A DNA stretch of 64,000 bases from Ilumatobacteraceae bacterium (GTDB taxonomy: Bacteria; Actinomycetota; Acidimicrobiia; Acidimicrobiales; Ilumatobacteraceae), in the NCBI GenBank assembly GCA_963716235.1, contig CAVQTE010000017.1, positions 26,295-90,294 of the forward strand. Reading direction: 5' to 3'. Made by a program: the position numbers and the translations under genes. The notes below the pieces were generated by a model. The model was not told the DNA's origin. It was given only the letters and a program-made list of their open reading frames with translations, and ran no database searches. This document shows, piece by piece, positions 24,803 through 34,231 of this stretch. Position 1 is the stretch's first letter. Every line of letters begins with the position of its first letter.

Positions 24803-25837
24803 TCAGATGAGCGCCAGGGAGTCGAGGTCGATGGCGTGCTGGAGATGCCGGGAGGCCATCGCACCGAACATGTCGAGGCTGCGGGCGTTCATGGTCACCA
24901 TCTGCGAGGTCATTGCCGTGATGAACACGCCGTGGAAGGCCTCGCGCCGGTACTGCTGCCACAGCCAGTCCCGGTCGACGTCGACGTCGTACTCGCCGAG
25001 CGCCTCGGCATAGGTGGCGACGAGATCGCGCTCGTGGGTACGGCGGTCTTCGATGAGCATCCCGGCCCCGATGAAGTACGACAGATCGGTGATCGGCATG
25101 CCATGAGCAGGCGAACCCCAGTCGACCACCGTGATCGGCGGACCGCCGGCGTCGGTACCGAACAGCATGTTGTCGAGGCGATAGTCCGTGTGGACCAGCG
25201 AGAACGGGCGGGTCCGTCCGCCGATGAACGCACCGATGTGCTCACCGAACCGTTCGGCGAGGTCGAGCATGTCGGCGGTGAGATACCGCTCGTAGGTCGC
25301 GGCGAAGCCGGGGAACACCAGTGCCCACATCATCGCGTAGCCGTCACCATTCGATGCCGGTTCGTTGCCCGACAGCCAGTCGATGTCGGAAAGTGTGGGG
25401 TCATTCCACCGAGGACCGTGCAGCCGGGCCAGCTCGCGGACGGCCAGGTCGGCTCGATCGATCGAGCAACCGGCGAGTTGGTCGCCCTGTTCGGCCGGCG
25501 ACATGTCCTCGAGCAGCACGACGTAGTCGTTGGTGGCGGGGTCCCAGTCGGCATGATGACAGCGCGGCATCCGGATGTCGACCGTGGGGGCCAGTTCGCG
25601 GAAGAACTTCACCTCCCGCTCGTAGCTGCGCACCGACGCCGCCAACACTCGACTCCGCTCGTCCTCGGCAGGCACCTTGGCGATGATCGACGACGGGATC
25701 GAGGGGTCGTCGGTGACGAGCGACAGTCGAATGGTCGTGCTGACGTGCCCGTCGCCGACTGGGCGCGCCTCCACTGAATCGACCTTGCCACCGAGGACGG
25801 AGGACAACCATGCTGCAGTGATGTCGTCAGGGCTCAT
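24803..25837 (-). CDS. Phosphotransferase (APH/choline-kinase-like) family protein
   Basis: The start MSPDDITAAWL is at ATG 25837. The Brenner-type catalytic block is LVHTDYRLDNMLF. Confidence 0.8.
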   Translation of the reverse strand: MSPDDITAAWLSSVLGGKVDSVEARPVGDGHVSTTIRLSLVTDDPSIPSSIIAKVPAEDERSRVLAASVRSYEREVKFFRELAPTVDIRMPRCHHADWDPATNDYVVLLEDMSPAEQGDQLAGCSIDRADLAVRELARLHGPRWNDPTLSDIDWLSGNEPASNGDGYAMMWALVFPGFAATYERYLTADMLDLAERFGEHIGAFIGGRTRPFSLVHTDYRLDNMLFGTDAGGPPITVVDWGSPAHGMPITDLSYFIGAGMLIEDRRTHERDLVATYAEALGEYDVDVDRDWLWQQYRREAFHGVFITAMTSQMVTMNARSLDMFGAMASRHLQHAIDLDSLALI

Positions 25838-25882
25838 CGTGACGCACGGTAGTGCTGGGCGGCCGCTACCGTCGGGCCCGAG

Positions 25883-26707
25883 ATGTCCGGGTCGAGCCGT
25901 ACTTTCCTGTTGAGTCCGAAATGGATCGCCTTCCACCTCCTGGTGTTCGGCTCGATCGCCCTGATGATCTGGCTCGCCCTGTGGCAGCTCCGCCGCCTCG
26001 ATGAACGACAGGCGTTCAACGCCACCGTGACGGAGCGGATCGACGAGCCGCCGGTCCCGTTCGACGAGCTCCTTCCTCTGACACGCACGGATCCCGCTGC
26101 CGTCGAATGGCGACAGGTCACCGTGACCGGCGAATACCTGACAGATCAGATCACGTGGTTCAACCGATCACAGGATGGATTGGCCGGCGACAACGTCCTC
26201 ACTGCATTGATCGACGGCGACACCACCATCCTGGTCAACCGCGGGTTCATCCTGCTCGCCGACGACGTTCGCCCACCGCCGGCAGGCGAGATCGAGTTGC
26301 TCGGTCGGATCCGGGTACCTCCGGGCCGCCAACTCGGAGAATTGACCGACGCTTCGGACGGGCCGCTGAGTGAGGTCCGACGGATCGATCTCGAACGCCT
26401 CGACGAGCAGCTTCCCGGCGAATTGGCCCCGGTGTATCTCGACCTGATCGGCAGCATTCCGAACATCGCCGCCGGCGATCCGGTACCCGTCCCACCGCCG
26501 ACGTCGAGCGACGGCCCCCATCTGTCCTACGCCGTCCAGTGGTTCATCTTCGCCGCCGCCGTGCTGCTCGGATGGGCGCTGGCGGTCCGCCGCTCGACTG
26601 TCGCACGTCGCCGTCGGGATCTCGACCTCACGGACGGAGAAGTCGTGCGAACGTCGTCGGGTTCCCCGCCATCAATCGACGCCGCATCGACCACGACGAC
26701 GCCCTGA
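25883..26707 (+). CDS. SURF1 family (cytochrome oxidase assembly) protein
   Basis: N-terminal and C-terminal TM helices, plus blocks LALWQLRRL and GPHLSYAVQWF. Confidence 0.8.
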   Translation: MSGSSRTFLLSPKWIAFHLLVFGSIALMIWLALWQLRRLDERQAFNATVTERIDEPPVPFDELLPLTRTDPAAVEWRQVTVTGEYLTDQITWFNRSQDGLAGDNVLTALIDGDTTILVNRGFILLADDVRPPPAGEIELLGRIRVPPGRQLGELTDASDGPLSEVRRIDLERLDEQLPGELAPVYLDLIGSIPNIAAGDPVPVPPPTSSDGPHLSYAVQWFIFAAAVLLGWALAVRRSTVARRRRDLDLTDGEVVRTSSGSPPSIDAASTTTTP

Positions 26708-27869
26708 ACAGCTTCGTCATCACGGCGGCCACCTCCGACGGTGGCGTGTCGATGCGCATATAGCCGCGCCACTGCTCGATCGGCAGCGCGAAGAAGGCGC
26801 CGAAGAAGGCCCGAACCTCCTCGTCGTCGAGTCGCAGCAGCAGCTCGAGCCCGTAGTCGTGCAGCACTCGGCTGCGGCGGAACTCCGCGGGCCAGACGGC
26901 CTCGGCGACGACCGATGAATCGGCGACGGCCGAAGTCGACTGTAATGCTGCAACGACCGCCGACGCGACGCGTGGCGCGGCCCGCAGCGACGACGCCACG
27001 CTGAAACCGGTCGCCGCGTGGACGTAACCCGCTGCGGCACCGAAGGCGACGACGGGCTCGTCGATGCCCGGTCGACTCCCACCGAGCGGAATGCGCACGT
27101 ACTCCGTTCGCACCGAGTCGGCCAACACGTCGTCGGGATGCCGCCCGAGCCGAGCGGCCAACCGTGCGAGCAGCGCTATCGGCTCGACCGCGGGCCGTGC
27201 CGCGAGCACGGTTTCCTCGACCAACCATCCGTCGCGAACGGGCAGCGTGTAACAGAACGTCGTCACGCCTCTCGGACCGATCGATGACGGGCGGCCGTCA
27301 CCCGCTGTCCCCCTGACGGCGCGAAAGTCCATCAACGTGGGCCGTCCGAGGTCACCGGTCGGTGGTTCCGCCAACACCACGCCGATGGCGGTCTGCCATG
27401 CCGGCGGCGTTGTTCCAGCGAGTCGGGCGAACGACGAGGGCCAGCCGCTCGTGTCGACGACGAGTCGCGCCCGCAGTTCGGATCCGTCGGCCGACACCAC
27501 ACGGTGACGGTCGCCGTGGGGCGAGCGAACGTCGACCACTGTGCCCGAGAGGTGCTCGACACCGTCACGGAGGCGGGCTCGCAGCATCCCGTTGTCGAAG
27601 ACGCCGTAGGGACGGGCGATCTCCGCCGGTTGCGCGGTGTACACGGCCATGGTCTCGAGCCGTTGTCCGAGCACACCGTCGACGTCGTCGCCGATGGCCT
27701 CGACACCCTGAACGTCGTCGATCCACGTGCTGTACGTTGCATTCCACTCGTCGTCGGGGCCGACGAGCACGACCTCGACGTCACGCGCCCGACAGGCGCA
27801 CGCCAGTGCGCTGCCGGCCGGGCCGTCGCCGATCACCACGACATCGACGTCGCGCGGGGAGCTCGTCAT
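26628..27869 (-). CDS. Lycopene cyclase family FAD-dependent protein
   Basis: The start MTSSPRDVDVVVIGDGPAGSALA is at ATG 27869 (dinucleotide-binding motif). The sequence has a CrtY/CrtL-like pattern. Confidence 0.7.
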   Translation of the reverse strand: MTSSPRDVDVVVIGDGPAGSALACACRARDVEVVLVGPDDEWNATYSTWIDDVQGVEAIGDDVDGVLGQRLETMAVYTAQPAEIARPYGVFDNGMLRARLRDGVEHLSGTVVDVRSPHGDRHRVVSADGSELRARLVVDTSGWPSSFARLAGTTPPAWQTAIGVVLAEPPTGDLGRPTLMDFRAVRGTAGDGRPSSIGPRGVTTFCYTLPVRDGWLVEETVLAARPAVEPIALLARLAARLGRHPDDVLADSVRTEYVRIPLGGSRPGIDEPVVAFGAAAGYVHAATGFSVASSLRAAPRVASAVVAALQSTSAVADSSVVAEAVWPAEFRRSRVLHDYGLELLLRLDDEEVRAFFGAFFALPIEQWRGYMRIDTPPSEVAAVMTKLFRASSWSMRRRLMAGNPTTFARLLRP

Positions 27870-27873
27870 GAAA

Positions 27874-28836
27874 TCAGCCGCGTTCGAGTTCCGCCATGCG
27901 GCGGAACTGCTCGACGACGTCCGGGGTCGAATGCGCTGGGTCGAGCGTGCGGTAGACCGTCTCCACGTTGACCGCGATCCGGCCGAACTCGCCCCACTCG
28001 CGGAACCGTTCGTCGACACCGAGGAGCCGACCGATGTCGCGTGCGGCATCGAACGCATCGATGCCCGCCGCCTGGCGTTCGGTTGCCTCGGCATCGACGA
28101 AGCGGAGGTAGTCACGCACCGCCACGATCCCTGCGGTGTCGGTGAGCGGCCCGTGGCCCGGCACGACGGTCTCGACGTCGAGATCCAGCATGAGATCGCA
28201 TGCGGCCACCCAATTCGACAACGGACCCGCCCACACGATCGGCGTCCCGCCGATGAACAAGATGTCGCCCGTGTAGATCGTGCGCGCGTCGGGTACGTGA
28301 ACGATCGTGTCACCCGAGGTGTGAGCAGGACCGACCTCGATCAGTTCGACGAGGCGACCACCGACCTCGACGTCGAGTCGGCGATCGAACGTCGTCGTCG
28401 GGGTCACGAGCTCGATGCCATCGAAGTGGAACGCTCCGAAGAACGAGCGGAAGAGGTCACCGACATCGCCGGGCGCCTGGTTCAGTGCCGCCATCATGGC
28501 CGGCGGGACATCGGCCATCTCATGGGCGGTCGCCGTTGATGTCACGATCTCGACGTCGGGCCGGCGACGCACGATTTCGCCGTTGCCGTAGCAGTGGTCG
28601 CCGTTGGCGTGGGTGTTCACCACCGTGTCGATCGGCGCGCTGTGCATCACCGGAGTCATCGCGTCGAGCATCGCCGCAGTGAGGTCGAGGTCGAAAAGGG
28701 TGTCGACGAGCAGCGATTCTCCCTCGCCGACGATCAGACCGGCGTTGCTCCAGCCCCAACCGCCGTCGGGTTGGAGATACGCGAAACAGCCATTGCCCAG
28801 ATCGTGCAGGCCCAGGGTGTAGTCGGTCGCTGCCAT
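27874..28836 (-). CDS. MBL-fold metallo-hydrolase
   Basis: 320 aa with the metal motif VNTHANGDHCYGN, then PGHGP. Confidence 0.85.
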   Translation of the reverse strand: MAATDYTLGLHDLGNGCFAYLQPDGGWGWSNAGLIVGEGESLLVDTLFDLDLTAAMLDAMTPVMHSAPIDTVVNTHANGDHCYGNGEIVRRRPDVEIVTSTATAHEMADVPPAMMAALNQAPGDVGDLFRSFFGAFHFDGIELVTPTTTFDRRLDVEVGGRLVELIEVGPAHTSGDTIVHVPDARTIYTGDILFIGGTPIVWAGPLSNWVAACDLMLDLDVETVVPGHGPLTDTAGIVAVRDYLRFVDAEATERQAAGIDAFDAARDIGRLLGVDERFREWGEFGRIAVNVETVYRTLDPAHSTPDVVEQFRRMAELERG

Positions 28837-28848
28837 CGCATCATCTTG

Positions 28849-30166
28849 TCATGGGTGGCCCCGTCGCCAACGGGCAGTCAGCCGCTCAGCGAGCATCGTC
28901 GTGGGGAGGTGCGTATTCGCGTCAGGGATCGTGGGGAACACCGACGCGTCGCAGACGTACACCGACTCGTAGCCGAACACGGCACCGTCGACGTCGACGA
29001 CGGAGCCCATCGCGCAGCTGCCCGATGCATGCACGCAGTCGCCGAGCGACGCCGGCAGCCACCGCTCGATCGACGCGACGTCGCCGAGCGCGTCGATGGT
29101 GGTGCCCGAATCATCCACATACACCTGGTCGACGACCTCCGCGAACGGCGCCGTTCCGAGCATCCGCACCGCATCGAGTACTCCTCTGCCGAGTGCACCG
29201 AGGTCACGTGGATCATCGAGCAGCGCGAAGTCGACGAGTGGTTCCCCGAGCGGATCGAGGCGGACCGTCCCTGAACGGCTGCTCGGGGTCATCAACGTCA
29301 CCAGCAGCATTCCGAGATGCGGGGCATCTGGGCCCAGGTGGTTCATCGGGAGGAATTGAACGCCATTGCGTTGGCGGAAGGTACCGATGACCAGCCCCGC
29401 CGGATCGACGGGGACGCCGTTGCGCAACGCCAGCGTCAGCGGTGCCGACGGGTGGTCCTGGAGACGGAGGCCGATCCCTGGCGTGTCGAACCCCGAACGC
29501 AACAACAGCGCCGGCGTCCGGATGGCACCGGCCGCGAGGATGACGCGATCGCCCGGGATCTCCTCGCCCGTCGACAGCACGACGCCGACTGCGCGGCGAC
29601 CGTCCAGCACCACACGTTCAACGGTGGTATCGGCTCGAACCGTCAGATTCGGACAGCGCCCGTGCGGGCCAGAGGTACGCCTCGGCCGAGGTGACCCTGC
29701 GACCGTCACGCCGAGTGAGCGGCACACGTCGTGCGTCGCTGTCGGCGCCGACGAGCGCCCGATCGATCGGACCGAGTTCACTCTCGAGCGGCTGCTCCTC
29801 CGGGAGCGCCATCGCCGACCAGGCTGCGTCGGCATCGTCCCATCCCCACGATCGATAGAGGTTCGCATCGCCACGCAAGGCAACCATGGCGTTCACCACC
29901 GACGAACCTCCGAGACCCCGGCCTCGGCGATACGGGCGCGCCGTGCCTCCGGCGGTTCGTGTGGCCAGCACGTCACCGTCGTTGCGCTCCACCAGATGGG
30001 CCGCGCCGAAGAAGTTGTCGGCGTCGATCTCCGGGGGCACGGCCCCCGCCACCAGATCGGGGCCCGACTCGACCAGCACGACGTGACGGTCGGGATCCTC
30101 CGAAAGGCGGGCGGCGACCACGCATCCCGCAGTTCCGGCACCCACCACGATCCACGCGCCAGCCAC
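28849..30166 (-). pseudogene. GMC family oxidoreductase split by a frameshift
   Basis: The N-terminal FAD domain (GTG 30166; VVGAGTAGCVVAARLSEDP...GGSSVVNAM...SAEAYLWPAR) is in one frame. The remainder (CPNLTVRADTTVERV ... DASVFPTIPDANTHLPTTMLAE) is in another. The frames switch near 29655-29670. Confidence 0.75.
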
Positions 30167-30228
30167 CCCAGGAGACTACGAGAGACCTGACGTCGGAATT
30201 CAAGACTGCGACCGTGCCGACCGATGAC

Positions 30229-31344
30229 ATGGTCATCATGCAGGAAACCACGGAACTCCAGGCGCCATCAGCCGGAATCCCCGGGGTCAACGGCTATCCG
30301 CCACCGCCACCGGTACCTCCACCATCTCTGCGACCGCCGAATCTGATCAATCAGAGCGCCCCGCTCCTCCCGCACGTGGCCCCGGTCGCACCACGACCGC
30401 CGACGGCTCCCGCCGCGAACCCGTTTGCCACGTCGATGAACACGCCGTCGCCGACGACGAAGCCGGCCGGCGTCAAGAAGCGCAGTTCCGCGCGACGGAT
30501 GTTCAGTTGGTGGGTCGTGCTCGCAGCGATCGGTGGCATCGCCTACGCCGGCTTCACCTACGGATCCGATCTCATGGAACTGGCCAGTGGCGAGGAGTCC
30601 ATTGCCGAACCGGCTGTTGCGCTCGAGTTCCCGACGCCGGCCGAGCCAGTCGACCCCATCAGGACCGCGACCTTCCTGGTCGAACGCCCGGACGCGCTGA
30701 AGGGACCGCAGACGTTCGAAGTGACAACGGACTTCGAGACCGGCGTCTCACGGGTGCTCATCCAGCGCACCGAAGCCCCGAACCTCGAGATCCTGACACT
30801 CTGGGACACGGCCTTCATCCGTCGCGTCGACGAGACGACCTGGTATCGGCTCGACCGCGGGCAGTTCCCGGTCGACTCGGAGTTCGGTATCACTCGCTGG
30901 ATCCGTTCCCTCGACCAGATCCTTCCGCCGCCTCTCAGAGAGTCGGCTGTCATCGATCGGGCGACCGAGTCAACCGTCGGCACCGAAGCCACCACGCGAC
31001 TGCTCGTGTCGATCGACCCTGCCGCATTCAACCTGCCCACCGCGGTGCCGACGACTGCCCCGCCGCCGGCAGACGGGACCGTTGCGCCGGCACCTCCCGA
31101 GCCCGTTGTCGCTCTGTCTCCTGGCGTCATCCTGCAACCGGGTTCCGACACGGTCGAGACGCTCAGCATCGAACTCTGGATCGACGATGCAGGCATCGTT
31201 CGCAAGTCGATCATGCCCGCCGAACTGGGCGCCGAGACGATCACGATCACATCGCTTTCGCCCGATTCGTGGCAGCCGGTCTTTCCCACCGACGACATGG
31301 TGCAATCGCTGACCGCCTCGTCGATGTTCAGGCTCGGGATCTGA
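30229..31344 (+). CDS. Proline-rich single-pass membrane protein, hypothetical
   Basis: Starts MVIMQETTEL, then a Pro-rich segment, then TM helix WWVVLAAIGGIAYAGF, then a ~270-aa extracytoplasmic domain. Alternative starts are at 30214 and 30238. Confidence 0.55.
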   Translation: MVIMQETTELQAPSAGIPGVNGYPPPPPVPPPSLRPPNLINQSAPLLPHVAPVAPRPPTAPAANPFATSMNTPSPTTKPAGVKKRSSARRMFSWWVVLAAIGGIAYAGFTYGSDLMELASGEESIAEPAVALEFPTPAEPVDPIRTATFLVERPDALKGPQTFEVTTDFETGVSRVLIQRTEAPNLEILTLWDTAFIRRVDETTWYRLDRGQFPVDSEFGITRWIRSLDQILPPPLRESAVIDRATESTVGTEATTRLLVSIDPAAFNLPTAVPTTAPPPADGTVAPAPPEPVVALSPGVILQPGSDTVETLSIELWIDDAGIVRKSIMPAELGAETITITSLSPDSWQPVFPTDDMVQSLTASSMFRLGI

Positions 31345-31380
31345 TCTGCCCTGCTCAGGGGTAGCGACGTAGACATTTCG

Positions 31381-31386
31381 TACAAT
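31381..31386 (+). promoter_or_regulatory. Possible -10 hexamer for the pur operon
   Basis: TACAAT lies 38 nt upstream of the purL ATG. No convincing -35 element. Confidence 0.25.
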
Positions 31387-31423
31387 CAGCCCGGGCCTCG
31401 GCGGCGCGATCCGTAGGGTCGCA

Positions 31424-34231
31424 ATGGTGTCCACCCGGCATCGACTGACCATTCGCACACTCGACCGGGACCCCCGAGCCGTGGCGCTCAGCGCAGCTGC
31501 CCACGCTGTCGGCATTCGGGCGCCGGAGCCGATCGAGGTCGCCGACATCGTCTTCATCGACGGGGAACTCGACCCCACCGACCTCGACCGATTGCACGGC
31601 GTGCTCGTCGACCCGCTACTGCAACGTGGCAGCTGGGACCTCCCCACCGGCCACGGCGTCGAGATCACCTTCCTGCCCGGCGTGACCGACACCGCGGCCG
31701 ACGCGCTCAGGCACGCTGCCGGCCAGCTCGGCGTCGACGCCGATGCCACTGCCACCGGTCGGAGGGTGGAGTTCGGCGATGCCATCGAGCCCGACAACGC
31801 CGACGAACTGGTCCGCCGGTTGGTGGCCAACCCCGTGATCGAACGGTGGTGCCAGGGCACGATCGAGCCACCGCACGTCGAGGTCACGCCATCGAGCGCG
31901 GCTGGCGAGATCATCGTGATTCGCGGTCTCGACGACGACGGGCTCCGCAGCATCGATGACGCCCGTTCGCTGTACCTCGACATCGAGGAGCTACGCGCGA
32001 TCCGCGATGAATACGAACGTCTCGGCCGCGACATCACCGACGTCGAGATCGAAGTGCTGGCGCAGACCTGGAGCGAACACTGCGCCCACAAGACGTTCCG
32101 GGCGATCATCGACGTCACCGACGGCAACGGCGGCGATCGCACGATCGATCCGCTGCTCGTTCAACTGCGCCACTGCACCGACTCCATCGATGCCGGGTTC
32201 GTGCGGTCCGCCTTCGTCGGCAACGCAGGGGTGATCGAGTTCACCGAGGGCACCACGATTGCGCTCAAGGCCGAGACGCACAACCATCCGTCCGCGGTCG
32301 AACCCTTCGGCGGCGCCAACACGGGCGTCGGCGGCGTGATCCGCGATGTGCTGGGCATCGCCCACCGACCCATCGCCGTGACCGACATCTTGTGCTTCGG
32401 TCCCGCCGATCTCCCGATGGACGATCTCCCTGACGGAGCGCTCCACCCGCGTCGTATCAGAGACGGCGTCATCGACGGTGTCGCCGACTACGGCAACAAG
32501 ATCGGATTGCCGACGGTTGCCGGCGCGATCCTCTACGACCCGGCGTACACCACGAACCCCCTCGTCTTCGCCGGGTGTATCGGCACCGCTACGTCGCGCC
32601 CACTGCACACCGGACCGTTTCCCGGCGACCGTGTCGTCGTGCTGGGGGGCGCCACCGGACGCGACGGCATCCGCGGGGCAACGTTCTCGTCGGCAACGAT
32701 GGACGCCACCACCGGCGAGGTCGCCGGTGCGAGTGTCCAGATCGGTGATCCGATCGTCGAGAAACTCCTGATCGATGCACTCATCGGCGCCGAGGATCTC
32801 TACTCGGCGATCACCGACTGTGGTGCCGGCGGCCTCTCCTCGGCGATCGGCGAAATGGCCGAGGGTGTCGGCGCCGAGGTCGAACTCGACCTCGTTCCGC
32901 GCAAGTACGCCGGGCTCGACCCCTGGGAGGTCTGGCTCTCCGAGGCCCAGGAGCGCATGGTGGTGGCAGTACCGCCCCAGCACCTCGATGCACTCACACA
33001 GCGGTGCGAACGGGTGGGCGTCGACGTCGCCGACATCGGGTCGTTCACGGGTGACGGCCAACTCGTCGTACGCAACGGCGGCGACACGGTCGTCGACATC
33101 GACACCGCCTTTCTCCACGATGGCCGCCCGCAACGGCGCATGAAGGCAGAGTTGCCGACACCGAACCGCACCGACCGCACCACCCGCACCGTCACCGATC
33201 CCGCCGCCACCCTGCTCGAGTTGCTGGCTCATCCGAACATCGCCTCGAAGGCCGGCACGATCCACCGGTACGACCACGAGATCCTCGGATCCACGGTCGT
33301 CCGACCGCTGGTCGGAGCGGCCGGCGACGGTCCCGCCGATGGGGTGGTCCTCGCCGCGCCAACCGCGACCGAGGGCATCGCGATCGGCATCGGCGTCAAT
33401 CCGTGGTACGGCCTGCACGATCCCGAAGCCATGGCCTACGCCGTGGTCGACGAAGCCATGCGCAACGTGGTCGCCGTCGGCGCCGACCCGGATCGGGTGG
33501 CGCTGCTCGACAACTTCTCCTGGGGCGACCCCCGGCGTCCGTCGACGCTCGGTGAACTGGTGATGGCCGTCGACGGGTGCTGCGGCGCTGCTCGCTTGTA
33601 CAACGCCCCGTTCGTGTCGGGAAAGGACTCACTCAACAACGAGTACGTGGGTTCCGACGGGCAACGACATGCAGTGCCGCCCACGCTCGTGATCACTGCG
33701 GTTGCCCACGTGCCCGACGCCGACCACTGCATCACGCCCGACCTGGCCGAGCCCGGCAACGTCCTGCTCCTCATCGGCGAGACCGGCACCGAGTTCGCCG
33801 GTTCGCATCTCGACATGGTGTGCGGCGCTCCGAGCCGTCCTGGCCTGGCGCCTTCACCGGTGCCTGACGCTCCGGCCGACTATCGCCATCTGCACGCGGC
33901 CATGCGAGCTGGCCTGATCGAGTCGTGCCACGACGTCGCCGAGGGCGGCCTCGCTGTGACGCTCGCCGAGATGTGCATCGCCGGCCGACTCGGCGCCACC
34001 ATCGACCGCCTGCCCCACGACGACCTCGCCACTGCGCTGTTCGCAGAGTCGTGCGGTCGACTCGTCGTCGAGGTCCAGCCGCCACGCGTGGCGGCGTTCC
34101 TGAAGGTGATGGAGAACCGGGCCATGCGCATCGGAACCGTGAACGACGAGTCGGCGCTCCGGATCACCGGGGTGGAATCCCTGCCGCTCGACGCGCTCGT
34201 CCGGGCGTTCCAGGGCGAGGTCGACGCATGA
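31424..34231 (+). CDS. purL: FGAM synthase subunit PurL with N-terminal PurS-like extension
   Basis: 935 aa. The PurL core starts near residue 170 (WSEHCAHKTF, ETHNHPSAVEPFGGA). The N-terminal ~165 aa contains two PurS-like units (for example VEITFLPGVTDTAADALRHAAGQLG). Confidence 0.9.
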   Translation: MVSTRHRLTIRTLDRDPRAVALSAAAHAVGIRAPEPIEVADIVFIDGELDPTDLDRLHGVLVDPLLQRGSWDLPTGHGVEITFLPGVTDTAADALRHAAGQLGVDADATATGRRVEFGDAIEPDNADELVRRLVANPVIERWCQGTIEPPHVEVTPSSAAGEIIVIRGLDDDGLRSIDDARSLYLDIEELRAIRDEYERLGRDITDVEIEVLAQTWSEHCAHKTFRAIIDVTDGNGGDRTIDPLLVQLRHCTDSIDAGFVRSAFVGNAGVIEFTEGTTIALKAETHNHPSAVEPFGGANTGVGGVIRDVLGIAHRPIAVTDILCFGPADLPMDDLPDGALHPRRIRDGVIDGVADYGNKIGLPTVAGAILYDPAYTTNPLVFAGCIGTATSRPLHTGPFPGDRVVVLGGATGRDGIRGATFSSATMDATTGEVAGASVQIGDPIVEKLLIDALIGAEDLYSAITDCGAGGLSSAIGEMAEGVGAEVELDLVPRKYAGLDPWEVWLSEAQERMVVAVPPQHLDALTQRCERVGVDVADIGSFTGDGQLVVRNGGDTVVDIDTAFLHDGRPQRRMKAELPTPNRTDRTTRTVTDPAATLLELLAHPNIASKAGTIHRYDHEILGSTVVRPLVGAAGDGPADGVVLAAPTATEGIAIGIGVNPWYGLHDPEAMAYAVVDEAMRNVVAVGADPDRVALLDNFSWGDPRRPSTLGELVMAVDGCCGAARLYNAPFVSGKDSLNNEYVGSDGQRHAVPPTLVITAVAHVPDADHCITPDLAEPGNVLLLIGETGTEFAGSHLDMVCGAPSRPGLAPSPVPDAPADYRHLHAAMRAGLIESCHDVAEGGLAVTLAEMCIAGRLGATIDRLPHDDLATALFAESCGRLVVEVQPPRVAAFLKVMENRAMRIGTVNDESALRITGVESLPLDALVRAFQGEVDA

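Noticed and set aside
26628-27869. Lycopene-cyclase-family gene as a marker of a carotenoid biosynthetic cluster.
   Set aside because: No crtE, crtB or crtI-like genes lie nearby. The neighbours are SURF1 and an MBL hydrolase.
31350-31362. 13-mer CCTGCTCAGGGGT shared between the tRNA-Cys terminator (7208-7220) and the region upstream of purL.
   Set aside because: My rough estimate from base composition is that hundreds of 13-mer coincidences are expected in a 64-kb GC-rich window. No extended similarity surrounds the match.
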